DNA from: Macrostomum lignano
Taxonomy: Eukaryota
DNA: 64,000 nt
NCBI GenBank assembly: GCA_002269645.1
Contig: NIVC01000240.1
Location: 62,001 to 126,000 of the forward strand
Direction: 5' to 3'
The translations under genes were made by a program, and so were the position numbers. This document shows, one piece after another, positions 37,477 through 49,491 of this stretch; position 1 is the first letter of the stretch, and each line of letters opens with the position of its first letter. Below the pieces are notes generated by a model. The model searched no databases. It was not told the DNA's origin and saw nothing but the letters and a program-made list of their open reading frames with translations.

Positions 37477-38718
37477 GGGCCGATTTCATGAAGCAAGTAC
37501 AAGTGACAAGTTCACAATTTACAAGTGACAAGTGTAAAATTTCACAATTATAGCGTTTCATGAGGAGGGATGACAATTTAACAAGTTACAAGTAATAAGT
37601 GACAATTTGTCAAGCCGTTTTTGCCGTTCTTTTGGCCATAGACAACACAGATTTAGCTTGAGCACTATCGAAGGGTCCCACTTGTCAATGACAAGTCTAC
37701 AAGTGGCCTAAGCTCTTGTCAACAGTCTACTTGGATAGAGAACTAGAACTTAGATAGGATAGAATACTTGGATAAAGCATGTTTAGCGACAGTGAAGAAG
37801 AAGATGCTCTTCTCAATGAAGCTTATGCAGTGCGGATCTTCAAAGAACGAATCAACTTTCAGCCCCATGACATAGGGCCTTTTCATATTACCAATTCCAG
37901 AACCAGAATCGGTTCGGAATTCCAAGAAAAACAGCAGTATAACTATTAAACTCTGTTAATATTTGACTGCCTTAACAACCTAACTTAGCACAATTTTTCA
38001 CTTTCTTCTTGGCGATTGTCATTCAATAATAAAAACTTTATAGCACGTATCTCCCTCTTATAGTTATGGAGACAAAAAGTTATACTTCACAAATTGGTTC
38101 TGGTTCTGGAACCAGAGCAAGCAATATGAAAAGGCCCATAAATTTCGTGGAGAGATTCCGGCTTTCATCTGATCAAGTTGAAGATTTGTTGGAAATTATT
38201 GGACCTGCCTTGACCCACGGAGCTGTCCGACAAGGATCGTTGACTGTACGAGAGCAATTACTGAGTACGCTCCGATTCCTCGCATGCGGAAGTTTCTATC
38301 ATGTTGTTGGAGACGCGCATGGCGTCTCAAAGGCCACCCTATGTCGCACTGTCCGGCGCGTCGTTACTGCATTGAATAACAGACTATTCGACGAGCTGGT
38401 CCGCTGGCCGGAATGCAATCAGAAGCGAGCACAGATAGCACAAGATTTCTACAGAGTCGGTGGCATGCCATGCGTTGCTGGCTGTGTCGATGGTACGCTG
38501 ATCAAGATCCGAGCTCCGGTTACTGATGAAGATCAGTTCGTTGACACGGTAACCACTCTATAAATTGCATAGACTGTGCAACTATAGGGTCCTATTTTTA
38601 AACTTGACAAGTGGTTGCAAAATTCTCATGAAACTGAAATCGCTGGCACTTATCACTTGTAACTTGTAATTTGTCAACTTGTCACTTGTCACTTGTACTT
38701 GCTTCATGATATCGGCCC
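37477..38718 (+). mobile_element. PIF/Harbinger transposon, internally deleted
   Basis: TIRs GGGCCGATTTCATGAAGCAAGTACAAGTGACAAGT / ACTTGTCACTTGTACTTGCTTCATGATATCGGCCC. 3-bp TSD CTG. HARBI1-like ORF inside. Confidence 0.9.
38066..38563 (+). pseudogene. Truncated Harbinger (HARBI1-like) transposase, N-terminal half
   Basis: RFRLS...QLLSTLRFLACGS...GVSKATLCR...VRWP...GMPCVAGCVDGTLIKI. It ends just after the first catalytic Asp. Confidence 0.85.
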
Positions 38719-39180
38719 CTGCTCTTCAAGTTAATTACTATGCTCTGCACGCGTCGCTTCTCCGCCTTCACTCGCTGAGTGAGCCTCCGTGTTGATGGTT
38801 ACTTTAAATTTTCCCCACTCGTACTCGTAGCTAGCGTCCTGCGTTTGTTTAATCAATTCTGCATCGCCTTTTTTATCGTCTCTGACCAGTTCCGTGTGCT
38901 GTTTGTGACACCAACCCAAGATGAAGACATCTCTATGGCGGATGCATCTTCCTCGCGAAGCACTTTCATTGCTTGGAATATTTCTTACACTCGCAGCAGT
39001 CTTTTTCTCTCCAGCTTTTGTTGGCGACCAGCCTCTTAGTGACTACTATATTGCTGCACACTCTCTCAGTGGGTCATCTGGTACACGGCGGCGCACTTTG
39101 TATGCTCTCGAGAAATCGATTTTTTCTCGATTGAATTTGTCTATGGCGAAACCTCATTTAGCGCTGTGCGTTCTCTGGGA

Positions 39181-39360
39181 TAGGGGTCAGCAAACTCCTG
39201 GCCCACGTACAGAGTCTCTATCCGGCCCTCGGGTGCTTTGAGACTTCACGATAGCAATCCAGCCCACTTAAGGTTTGTGTCTCTTCTCATCTCTCTTCTC
39301 TGTAATCTCGTCTTTCCTATCTTTTTCTCTCCTCTCCTCTCTCCTCTACTACTTAGTAGA
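39181..39360 (+). mobile_element. Partial hAT(Charlie)-like MITE with CT-rich core
   Basis: Starts TAGGGGTCAGCAAAC and aligns by eye to 48617-48720. Confidence 0.5.
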
Positions 39361-40646
39361 CACATCTACTCTACTAAAGTTAATTTGTTATTTGATGAAG
39401 CTACAGTAAAAACACTTCTGAGAAAATAACTGGCATAAGAGTAAAGTACAAGTGCAAGTGGCCCTGTATAATACACAAGCAGTTAGTTCGTGCACCGACT
39501 GCACTGTCTCAGCTGCTGCTCTGCAGAATGCCTAATTTTATATCGGAAGGAATCTTCTCAAGACTCTCGACTGTCTTTGTAGCCAGCAAACAGTTCGAGG
39601 GGACATATAAGGAGCACTGTTTGAACCCCCATTGCCCGCTCTTGTCCGGCACAGAGATGCCAGCATCCTCCTGTGGTAAGAATTGCATCACTACGAGTAT
39701 AGCCGTCTATTATGCCAGAGCTGCAGCGCACAGTCATTCCAGTGATATATTTACAGACACAAGATAATATATTACAGCTAGCTGAAATGTTTTGTGTTTC
39801 GAGGGTTGGCAGAGACTAAGAATGCAACTCGTATTTAGGTACTTGATGCCGTGACTCAATACTCAATCGGCATTTTTTAAGAGGATTACGTCTATAAATA
39901 CATGCAAAAGAGAAGAAGGTACGAAGATTTATCGTCAAAGCTTAATAGCCATTGGAAAAATTGGAGCCCTATAAGTCTAGTACAGAACTTGCCTACTTAT
40001 ACTACGCTCGTAGATAGTGTAGAATAATGTCATATCTGCTTGGGGCAACTCGGTGCAACCGACAAAAGCAGTATGCAGCTTGCAAACAGAAAGAAGCAAT
40101 ATAGAGCCGAGGAGGGAGGGACAGGCCAGTCGAAACCAAAAAAAGATTACAATTCCATTGTACCATCGAATGCTCGGGAGACTAAAAAGTGGAAGCAGAA
40201 TAAAGTGACAAAAACTGGCTTTGTTGGTAGGGTGAGGTCGCTCGCACTCGGGCCAATTTCTTGCCACAGGCGCCATAGCTTCAATGCGTATGGAGGCCGC
40301 TATAGGAAGAGAAAAACAAACGAAGCCCTGACAGGCTGGAGTGGGCCGGTCAAGGCGGCACGCGCCCCGACACGCTGGCAAAATGCAGGCTGCCCGATGC
40401 AGCCAACCCAGTGACAGTAAACCAGCTCACTACGGGGAGGGGGGCGAGAACAGCATTTGTCTGCATGAGCTCACCAAACTCGGAGGAACAATGAAGCTAC
40501 TGATTCAATGAGGGTTTGGCCCGGCAGTTACCACCCCCTCACTGGCCAACCCTACAATGAGCCGCAGGGTCTTCGTCAGCATCCGAGGGGGTTGGTAGCC
40601 ATTATAGATGAAGGTGGAGGGGTTGGGCGACGCCTGCAGCCGAGGG

Positions 40647-40653
40647 TATAAAA
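40647..40653 (+). promoter_or_regulatory. TATA box of the TAL-like gene
   Basis: TATAAAA ~100 bp upstream of the ATG at 40751. Confidence 0.55.
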
Positions 40654-40750
40654 AAGCGGCATCGGCGGCCGGGCCGCTCGTCACCACCCGACAACAGCAA
40701 GTAGTTTCTTCTACATTCTCTAGCTCAAGACTCGCATCGCTCTAGTAGAA

Positions 40751-41095
40751 ATGGAGGCTTTCAAGGAAGCTTGGCTCGCCATCGATCGCCAGGGTCGCGG
40801 TCAAGTCACCATCGATGACCTGGTGGTCTATGCCCGCAAGATGAACTATGACGAGAACTTTGTGAGCAAGTGGCAGAAACTGTTCGACCCGAACAAGACC
40901 GGCGTCATCGAGCTGGGCGTCTTCTGCGACGTGCTCGGCCTGAATGCCAAGGAGATCCAGGAGCAGTCGCGTGCCAACGCTGCAGCTGGTTTGCCTTCCG
41001 ATGTCATCTACATCAGCGGCGACATGTCCCTGGAGTGGCAGATCAAGGTCGTGGAGGTCACCAAGCAGGCTCTGAGGGACAGCCAGAAGATGAGC
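40751..41095 (+). CDS. Tegument allergen-like (TAL; EF-hand + dynein light chain-like) protein, exon 1
   Basis: EF-hand loops DRQGRGQVTIDD and degenerate DPNKTGVIELGV, linker, then DLC start (ISGDMSLEWQIKVV). Donor AGC|GTAAGT, phase 0. Confidence 0.85.
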
Positions 41096-41183
41096 GTAAG
41101 TCAGACCCTGACCGCTTCTTGATTGGATTTATTCAAGCTAAGACGATTAAATTAGAAAAGCTTCCCAACTCCCGCCCGCTCAG

Positions 41184-41354
41184 GATGTGCCGAAGCGCAT
41201 CAAGACCACTCTGGACCGGATGTACAGCCAGCTGTGGCACGTTGTGATCGCCCAGGGCCAGTTCTGGTGCTACTATGGCCATGAGCCCGGCTACTCGTTC
41301 GTGTTCCAGATCGGCAAGCAGGTCTTCATCATCTTCAAGACCCCGTGCTCCTAA
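41184..41354 (+). CDS. TAL-like protein, exon 2 (dynein light chain-like domain)
   Basis: cgctcag|GAT. DVPKRIKTTLDRMYSQLWHVVIAQGQFWCYYGHEPGYSFVFQIGKQVFIIFKTP fits the DLC pattern (IK..LD..Y...WHVV). Total 171 aa. Confidence 0.85.
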   Translation, partial: DVPKRIKTTLDRMYSQLWHVVIAQGQFWCYYGHEPGYSFVFQIGKQVFIIFKTPCS

Positions 41355-41731
41355 ATGGCCAGTTTAGCTCCAGACGCGCGACCCGACTCGCTGGACACTC
41401 ATACTCATATAATTACACGCACTTTCTCTCATTACAGCGTGGCCAGTTTGTTGTTGACTACTGACTCCCGAAGCGCTATTTTTGGTACTAGGGATAGCGT
41501 AAATTACTTTAGCTGTTATTAATTTTAGAAATAAGGAACCTTTTTTCAATAAAAACACCATTTAATCAATTTAAATAAACTAAATTTCCACCCAGATCCA
41601 CATGAACCCACATTAATATACGAGCTAGTTTTACTTTATTTCGATTTGTTAAGAGAAAAAACTACTTTTGAGCGACAACCTCGCCAATTCTTGTCATTAA
41701 TAAAAGCAGAAAACTACGATGATGTACTTCT

Positions 41732-41975
<244 letters not shown>

Positions 41976-44627
41976 AAATTTAAATCTTGAAATAAAGACA
42001 CACGTGTAACAGCCGTCACTCGCTAATGCACTAGACTGTGAACAGGTCCAGTGAAGGAAGACCTGAGGGCGGAGGAGGGGGGTCGGTTTTCTTGGATTTC
42101 TCGTCTCGCTTCGGTGCATTCAATAAAACCGAATGAATTAAACTGTATGCAGACAAACTGCCTCACATTCACTGTGCTGGGAAGCATTGGGTTGAATGAA
42201 TGCACTCGAAATCTCATTGTTTGAATCCACTAATAGCTTTGAGCCCCTCGGTCCTGCCAGTAGCTGCATGCGCGCCAATCTGGCTGATGAGCCAGACTTT
42301 AGCCTCTGCAGCCTGCATTCCTTCCGCTCTATTGTCAGGCCAAGTCTTCGCCTATTCATCTTATTCATTCCTGCGCTTGGCGGCTGGCAAAGATGGCTTT
42401 ACTGCCCCAGGTAAGCTATGCTGGCAGCTGGGACCAAGCAAGTATAGAGCAGTGGGCAGGTGGGCTCAACTACTCGGCTGTAAAATGCAATCTCTAAACT
42501 GCAAGCAGGGAAAAGCAAACTTTCCTCGAGCTTGATTTAGACCGCAGCCCTACCCGCCCTGCCGCAAACAATAGGGCGTGGCACTAATAAATGCAACGAG
42601 CAAACTATGGTTGAGCCAACTTCATCTCTCGAAATATTTATATTTTACACTGCATAACTAACTCCCTACCCCGAAAGGTCCTTCCAAATTTCAAAGGGAC
42701 GCCGCAAAAGGTCTTCAAGTAGAGGTGACCAAAGATGGCCTGGCCTCTTCAGTTTGACAATTTCTGATCAGAGAATAGCCAGCGCAGTCACCTAGAGAGA
42801 GAGGAGAGGGGCAGAGGGTTGGTGCCATGGCCGCCATAAAAACAGATGAAGCGACCTCTCAGCTACGCTACTATACCGAAATGGAATTTTTCCAAATGCA
42901 ATTCACCCATTCATACACATTCTTCGCTCAAAGGACTAAAAATACTTGAAATGACGTACTGCAGTGCCTACAATTCTCTGTTTGCTATATTTTTTTTTCT
43001 TTTCAATCAATTCCGTTACTGTCTATCTATCTAATATGTCTAATTATATCTGTTCTACCTTATCATAAAATCTTAATAACTTCACCGTTAATAAAGATAG
43101 CAGAGTAGCAGAACTGAATGGTAAGCAGAGCGTGGTTAAGTTGAGCAAAAAGTTAAATCTTGGCTGCATGGGGGCGATCGCGTTTTTTAAATAAAAATTG
43201 ATGTACAGTTAGTCTGAGTCTGAAACCAAAAGTGGGAGTTTGTGCCATAGACAAACTAGCTTGTGGGCACTCAAAAGAAGGTACTTTTATTAAACGCAGG
43301 GAATAAGCAAATTATTTGCTATGCCATTTTCAGCAGCACCCCAATTCAAGGACGTAAAAACCAAATATCGTGTATTTTTGGAGGCCAATTGTTGGGAAAA
43401 AGTCACCTACGGAGATAGGAAAAAAAATCAATTTTTAATTTCATTTAATCTGGGGGCAGTGAAGATTCTCTAGTTTTTACATTAGTTTATTTTCATTTCA
43501 TAAGCCCAAATTTGTGAAATCTCTCGCAAGTAAAAAACTCCGTAATCCTTTGTTCCTTTTATTCCTTCTTGAATCAAGTATATTTGTTTAAAATTTATTG
43601 CATGTCAGCACCTTGTATACTAGCTATGTCCATGTAAGCTTACCAATCCAATTGCTTAATTTTCGGGAGAGCCAGACCATTGAAATACACACAAAAATGG
43701 GGCGGGTATTGAGACACGCAGATACTAGTATAGAGTGCATCTGCAGCGGCGAGTAACTCTCCATCCAGCTTCTCCATCGCCCCACCACTGGAGAGCTGCA
43801 GTCCCGAGTTCTGGGCGGGGCAAAGTGTAAGAGAGTTTGCTGTGCTTCTGGCTCACTCGCGCATCAGCAGTGGGGTGCACGCAGATTCGTTCGATGCTAG
43901 AAACTGAGACCGAGCCCCTCAGGGCGCCGCAGTTCGCATTGCCATGCATTCATTGTAGCAATACAGCTACACCCATCTTGTCTAAACACAATGTCTAAGC
44001 AGCGAGATGCAGTGCTCAAGCGTGGAGGCTGCTGAGCTCAGTCGTGCCACTCCTTTCCTTTCTGAGCTGTGTGCATAATTAAGATTTATAGAGCCAGAAA
44101 TCACAGAGCAGTGGCTGCATGGCCTGGGGGTAACTCGGTCGCTTCTGGAATTCCTGCTCATGCCCCGTCTCAAACCACCCTCTATCTATGAGTGTTTTCT
44201 TTTACTCGAAACAGCACTCAGCTGCTTCAGCTCTCTTGCCATCAGATGCAGCTGCTCAAATGCTACATTTTGATCTCAAAGCAGAAAACCCTATGCCATA
44301 GCACTTGCTTTCTTACGTCTCTATCCTTTTAGAGTTTTTTATTTTGATTTTCTCGCACCGAAGAAATTTCGAGTCAATTTTCACCGAATTTAGCTTGTCA
44401 GATTGAGAGAATAAGCGAGCTGTGGTGGCTGTCGGGCTCATGCATTTTCCAATTCAAGATGTCAAGTTAATGGCTAGCCAGAGGGAGAAGAGCACTGCTC
44501 AGATGCTCAGAAAGATTCAGCTTCGTGTCACTTCCAGGCGGCTGGCCTTTTCCTATAAGAACTTCATCTCTGACAACGGGCCCTCAGCCGTTCCTCTGAA
44601 CTGCCGCCAGCCTCGCTGCAGCACAAG

Positions 44628-45182
44628 ATGGAGAAATCAACGAATCGAACGCAGTGCACTGGCGAGTTCGTCTACAAGGGCATCGTGTGGAACAACTACA
44701 CCACGCCCGAGCTTGTGCGTCGCTGCGAGGACTTCCGCTTCCGGCCAAGCGACATCTGCGTGTGCACTTTTCCACGCACCGGCACCACCCTGGTGCAGGA
44801 GATTGTCTGGGAGATTCTCAACCGGGAGCGAATCAGCGCCGGCGAGAAGTTCCCGGACATCGACGAGCGGTTCCCGTTCCTCGAGTTCAACCCGCGCTGG
44901 CAGGGCGACGCAGAGCTGCCTATGCCCATCGACCTGCTGGAGAGCGCGCCGCAGGAGTCTGTGCGCCTCATCAAGACTCACTGCCCGTATTCGTTCATCA
45001 AGAACCGGCTGGATGAAGCCGCGCCAAAAGTGATCGTCGTGGCCCGCAATCCGAAGGACTGCTGCAACTCTCTGTACAAGTTCTACACCGGCATGCCGCT
45101 GTTCGGGCCGTGGCCCGGAGGCTGGGATGAGTTCTTCGACATCTTCATGCGCGGCAGTACAAAATGCGGCGACTACTTTCAG
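44628..45182 (+). CDS. Cytosolic sulfotransferase (SULT family), exon 1
   Basis: 5'-PSB loop TFPRTGTT; RFPFLEF; LIKTH; VVARNPKDCCNSLY. Donor CAG|GTTGAA, phase 0. Confidence 0.9.
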
Positions 45183-45298
45183 GTTGAAGATTCACAGAGA
45201 CAATTTTTTTAAAATTGATTTAAATCAGATTCGAAATTATCTACTTTTAGTAGCAAATTGTCGATTAAAGCCTGCAGCCAAAAACTGTTCTCGAGCAG

Positions 45299-45640
45299 GT
45301 GGTGTCGGAGTGGTGGCAGCAGCGGGACAAGCCGAACCGGCTGTTCCTGAAGTATGAGGACCTGCTGCGCCAGCCGAGGCGCCGCGTCACGCAGCTGGCC
45401 GACTTTCTCGGCGTCCGCCTGACGGCCGGCCAGCTGGACACCGTGGCGCACAACTGCCGCTTTGAGGCCATGCAGGCGAACGGGAACGTCAACTTCAGCA
45501 CGCCGAACGGCTTCAACTTCATTCGAAAGGGCGTCGTCGGGGACTGGAAGACCCAGCTGACTGTGGCCCAGAGCGAAGCTATAGACGCCGTTGTTAGAGA
45601 GAAATTCGGCCCGATCGGACTGGAATTCTACTGCGAATGA
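45299..45640 (+). CDS. Cytosolic sulfotransferase, exon 2
   Basis: gagcag|GTG. LFLKYEDL, LADFLG and the 3'-PB motif RKGVVGDWK. Total ~298 aa. Confidence 0.9.
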   Translation: MVSEWWQQRDKPNRLFLKYEDLLRQPRRRVTQLADFLGVRLTAGQLDTVAHNCRFEAMQANGNVNFSTPNGFNFIRKGVVGDWKTQLTVAQSEAIDAVVREKFGPIGLEFYCE

Positions 45641-45974
45641 ATTTATGAGTAGCTGAACTGGATTCAATGGCTACTGATACCAAAGTAGCCACTTTAGAGA
45701 GTCATATTTGAACTGAGAATTTGTTCGAATGATACAAAAAAGTCCTCATTTCTCTGTCAACAGTTTTTGCTTAGTATAAGTTAGTAATTTAACGCTAAGA
45801 ACCAAATAAAGAAGTTCAAATGTCGAAATTCAAGACTGAATAATCCTTCAGTTCTTTCTTCGCTTGCAGAAGATGTGGCTTTCTGGTACAGTCAATCCCA
45901 TCTTAGAATAATGTCTCTGGAAAGAGGAGATGAGAGATGAGAGAAAAGATGAGAGGAGGCGAGAGAGGAACGAA

Positions 45975-46225
45975 GAGACCTGAAGGAGAGGAGCAAGAGG
46001 GTGAGAGAGGAGCAAGAGGGTGAGAGAGGAGCAAGAGGGTGAGAGAGGAGCAAGAGGGTGAGAGAGGAGCAAGAGGGTGAGAGAGGAGCAAGAGGGTGAG
46101 AGAGGAGCAAGAGGGTGAGAGAGGAGCAAGAGGGTGAGAGAGGAGCAAGAGGGTGAGAGAGGAGCAAGAGGGTGAGAGAGGAGCAAGAGGGTGAGAGAGG
46201 AGCAAGAGGGTGAGAGAGGAGCAAG
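45975..46225. repeat. 19-bp minisatellite (GAGAGAGGAGCAAGAGGGT), ~13 copies, within GA-rich sequence related to the hAT-like MITE family
   Basis: Visible tandem. The flank GGGCCGGATAGAGAGGC reverse-complements to the MITE internal motif seen at ~39215 and ~48655. Confidence 0.9.
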
Positions 46226-46806
46226 GGCCGGATAGAGAGGCCCTGATGTAGAAAAAATAGCTTCAGAGATAAAAGCAACTTGAATTTTGCTTCAACTCCA
46301 CTTTTCTGCCGGTGTCACGCAGTTTTTCTTAAGTTTTTTTAAATAGAAAATAATTACTCTGCCGTTCGATTTGTTTTATGACGTAAAATTAAAGCGCATT
46401 CGAAACTGCAGTTTCTATATTCTACTGTCAAGCAGGACACTCGCTCAGGCTGCTGAAAAAGCCACCAGCTAGATCCGCTTTTATTACTGCTTTCACGCGC
46501 GATTACCCGCCAGTAAAAAAAAATAATTGTCAGCCTGCAATGACAATGGATGCTTGGATCATGAGCCTGTAGAGCTGCGGAGCTTGTATGGGGGTTGGGG
46601 GGGGGGGGCAACCGGAGGCAATTAGGGCCTCAAAAAACTGGGCATGAACTCAGCCGGCTCTTTTATAGCGAGCTAGTTGGCTGCCCTAGTCGGTGCTGTA
46701 GGCCGAACTGCCAAAGCTGGTCAATGCTCCGTTTGAATGGCAAAATTATAACCTACTTTTATAATGCAAACTTCAATACGGTCGTGGCTTAAGCGGGGTC
46801 ATAGCG

Positions 46807-46945
46807 AGCTGTATCTGTGAGCTGTATCTGTGAGCTGTATCTATGAACTGTATCTATGAACTGTATCTATGAACTGTATCTGTGAGCTGTATCTATGAAC
46901 TGTATCTATGAACTGTATCTATGAACTGTATCTGTGAGCTGTATC
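46807..46945. repeat. 13-bp minisatellite (GA[G/A]CTGTATCT[G/A]T), ~10 copies
   Basis: Directly visible. Confidence 0.9.
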
Positions 46946-46958
46946 CATTTATCTTTTC

Positions 46959-47051
<93 letters not shown>
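46959..47051. repeat. (CTAT)n microsatellite
   Basis: Directly visible. Confidence 0.97.
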
Positions 47052-47053
<2 letters not shown>

Positions 47054-47369
47054 ATAAGTATCTTTCGTAGTTTTCATAATTAAGGTTATGCACATGTACG
47101 AACTGTAACGACGAATCAACAAATGACGCTTTGAAATTGATAAAAATCTGATTTCTAAATTTACCATCAGCAAAGCTCCAAAGCAAAAACAAATAATTTA
47201 GTGAAGGTGAGAGTACTTCTATACAATGGGCTGTATCGAAAGACAAACCAGGCTTGAAATAGTTCGGTGTGCACACTACGTACAGCTGCTCAACAAGCCT
47301 CTACAAAGATAAAAGTAAGATCAGTTGGAAAATGTACAGGAAACTATGCTGAAGACACTAGTTACTCAC

Positions 47370-47495
47370 AGGTTGAGTCCACGCCACCGGCACCGCCGAA
47401 TCGAGTGGCGGCCCCTGCACTCTTGGCGAACTGCATCGGGGTTGGCGAGGCGCCAAAGCTGTCGTACAGGGTGGACCGGCGAACGAGAAAGCCAC
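47370..47495 (-). CDS. Putative internal exon (cytoplasmic tail) of the single-pass membrane protein
   Basis: Acceptor gcaaacag|, donor CCT|GTGAGT, 126 bp, phase 1-1, open (GFLVRRSTLYDSFGASP...). Phase-compatible with the donor at 49491. Confidence 0.4.
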
Positions 47496-48616
47496 CTGTT
47501 TGCAAATGACGGGGAAGCCCGAGTCTGAGGCTCTGAGCCCACTGAGTGTCGGATTGTTGGTCCCGTATGCTCAGTGCAGTGTGTCTGCAGCCTTCTCTTG
47601 TCTCAACTTGCTGCTGGATTCGCATGCTCTTCTGCTTTGCCAGCTAAGCGTCTCAGCTGTAATGCAGAGTTACTGTTACTGACTCAATGTATGAGTATGA
47701 CCGGCGAATCTACATTTTGAAAGCAGATAAAAGCAGCGAAACAAAGTTGCTGAAGCCTTTAGGTGGGTTTTTGGCACTCATCTGCAGCCAGCAGGCAGTA
47801 AGCTACGGTTTTAAGCCAGAAGACAGCCAGGTTAATAAGCGTCATATCGTTCAAGATGCATCATGTCTCGATGATTTTCAATTTGAGAGAGAAACACGTC
47901 ACTGTCGTTCTGTTTTTATTTACGGAGTAAAATATTTATAGAAATATATATCTTGACTGAGTGAGAAAGTTATAGAAAAAGTAAATTATATTTATATTCA
48001 TTATAGATAATAAATAGAAGTTATGAATATATAGCATCGCTGGCTGCACTGATAAGCAAGGCGCGGTGTTGCTTGAGAAATAAGCGGACTCGCTATCAGA
48101 GAATGAGGGGCCGCAGACAGCGGCAAGCCCTTTGATCTCTCCTATCATAGCCGGGAATTGAAAATAAATTTCTTACTAGCAATTTTTCACAAAGCGATCC
48201 TTTTGCAGATAAATACTTTATTTAATAGAGACACAGATCCAACAATCAGGAACAGAATAACTGATGCATTCAGTGCAAATAAGGTCAATCTTCGCCAATA
48301 GAAATCACTGCAACGAACGATCGGCTGTACACGCAGATACTCAGCGCAGGCCTGAGACAGCTAAGGATGTGAGGGGAGGTGCATAGTCTATGCTCAAGAC
48401 TGAGAGAGATTTAGAATGAGTTTTAAAAACGACAGAGACAGTTAATCCAGGTAAAAATAAAATAGGCAAGGATTAATCAAGGGAGAATGGTCGATGAAGA
48501 GCACAGCGCACTTACCATTTCGGATGCCAGACTGCAAGTAGTCTCTTGTGCCTTTCAAGTAGTTCAAATTCAACTACTGGCACAGATTCAAAACTGAGGA
48601 CAGCGATGGTCGACAG

Positions 48617-48880
48617 CAGGGGTCGCCAAACACGTGCAGCCCGCGAAGCCTCTCTCTATCGGGTCCTCGGGTCCATTGAAACTCACAATAGCAATCCGGC
48701 TCGCTCAAGGTTGGTGTCTCTTCTCAGCTCTCGTCTCTCTTATATCTTTTCTCTTCTCTTTTCTCTCCTATTTTCCTTTCTCCTCTCCTCTCCTCTGCTT
48801 TCCTTTCCTCTCCTCTCCTCTCTTCTCCTCTCCTTTCTCTCCTCTCTCCCCTCCTCTGACCCGTAGGTTTGTCGACCCTG
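48617..48880 (+). mobile_element. hAT(Charlie)-like MITE with CT-rich core
   Basis: Imperfect TIRs CAGGGGTCGCCAAAC / GTTTGTCGACCCTG. No matching 8-bp TSD seen. Confidence 0.6.
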
Positions 48881-49491
48881 CAGGACTCTGGAGGCAAAGA
48901 GAAGCGTCTGGGCGGGTGGTGCTACATGTAAGGCGGGTGGCAGCCTCGATTGGGCTAATGCGGGCATTAAGAACACGCTTTGTGTTGGGGAAAAAGCAAA
49001 ATTAAAGATAAATTTAGCGGCTCGCCAAAAAGTGTTCAATCTAAGAAAGGCATGTCAACAAGTGTTTCAAATATTGCATGGTAAAACAGGTAATCATTAA
49101 TCAACGTGAGTGCACCGAGAGACAGGAAAAAGATTCGAGCAGCTCCGGAGAGGCTCAGAAGAGTCAGCGAAGATAAAACGTTTAATCTGGCTAAATGAGA
49201 CCCGCAAGTTAAAAACGAAAGTTAAAACCCTCAAGCGAATACTTGACGTTTAATATTTTTCATTCATTACATTTGATCTACATTATAGCCAATAGCCAGC
49301 TCACTGACCTCTAAATAGTCTTCGAACCAGAAAGACTTCCCTAACAACGAGCGTCAATACCGATGAAGAATGCGAAGGAACAGAATTGAAAAGGCAAGGA
49401 AGTGGGATACAGACAGGTCAAAACTGTGGGGAATTTTCGACAGACGGGCGAGCAGGGAGTTGAGGCGGCTGCGGGGCTCAGCCGGTCCCAC

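Noticed and set aside
44771-44794. Arg instead of Lys in the SULT PSB loop (TFPRTGTT)
   Set aside because: Conservative variant that occurs in other sulfotransferases; not evidence of novelty.
48516-48593. 78-bp minus-strand exon candidate with a strong ATG|GTAAGT donor
   Set aside because: Open only in phase 2; incompatible with the phase-1 donor at 49491 (gives TAG).
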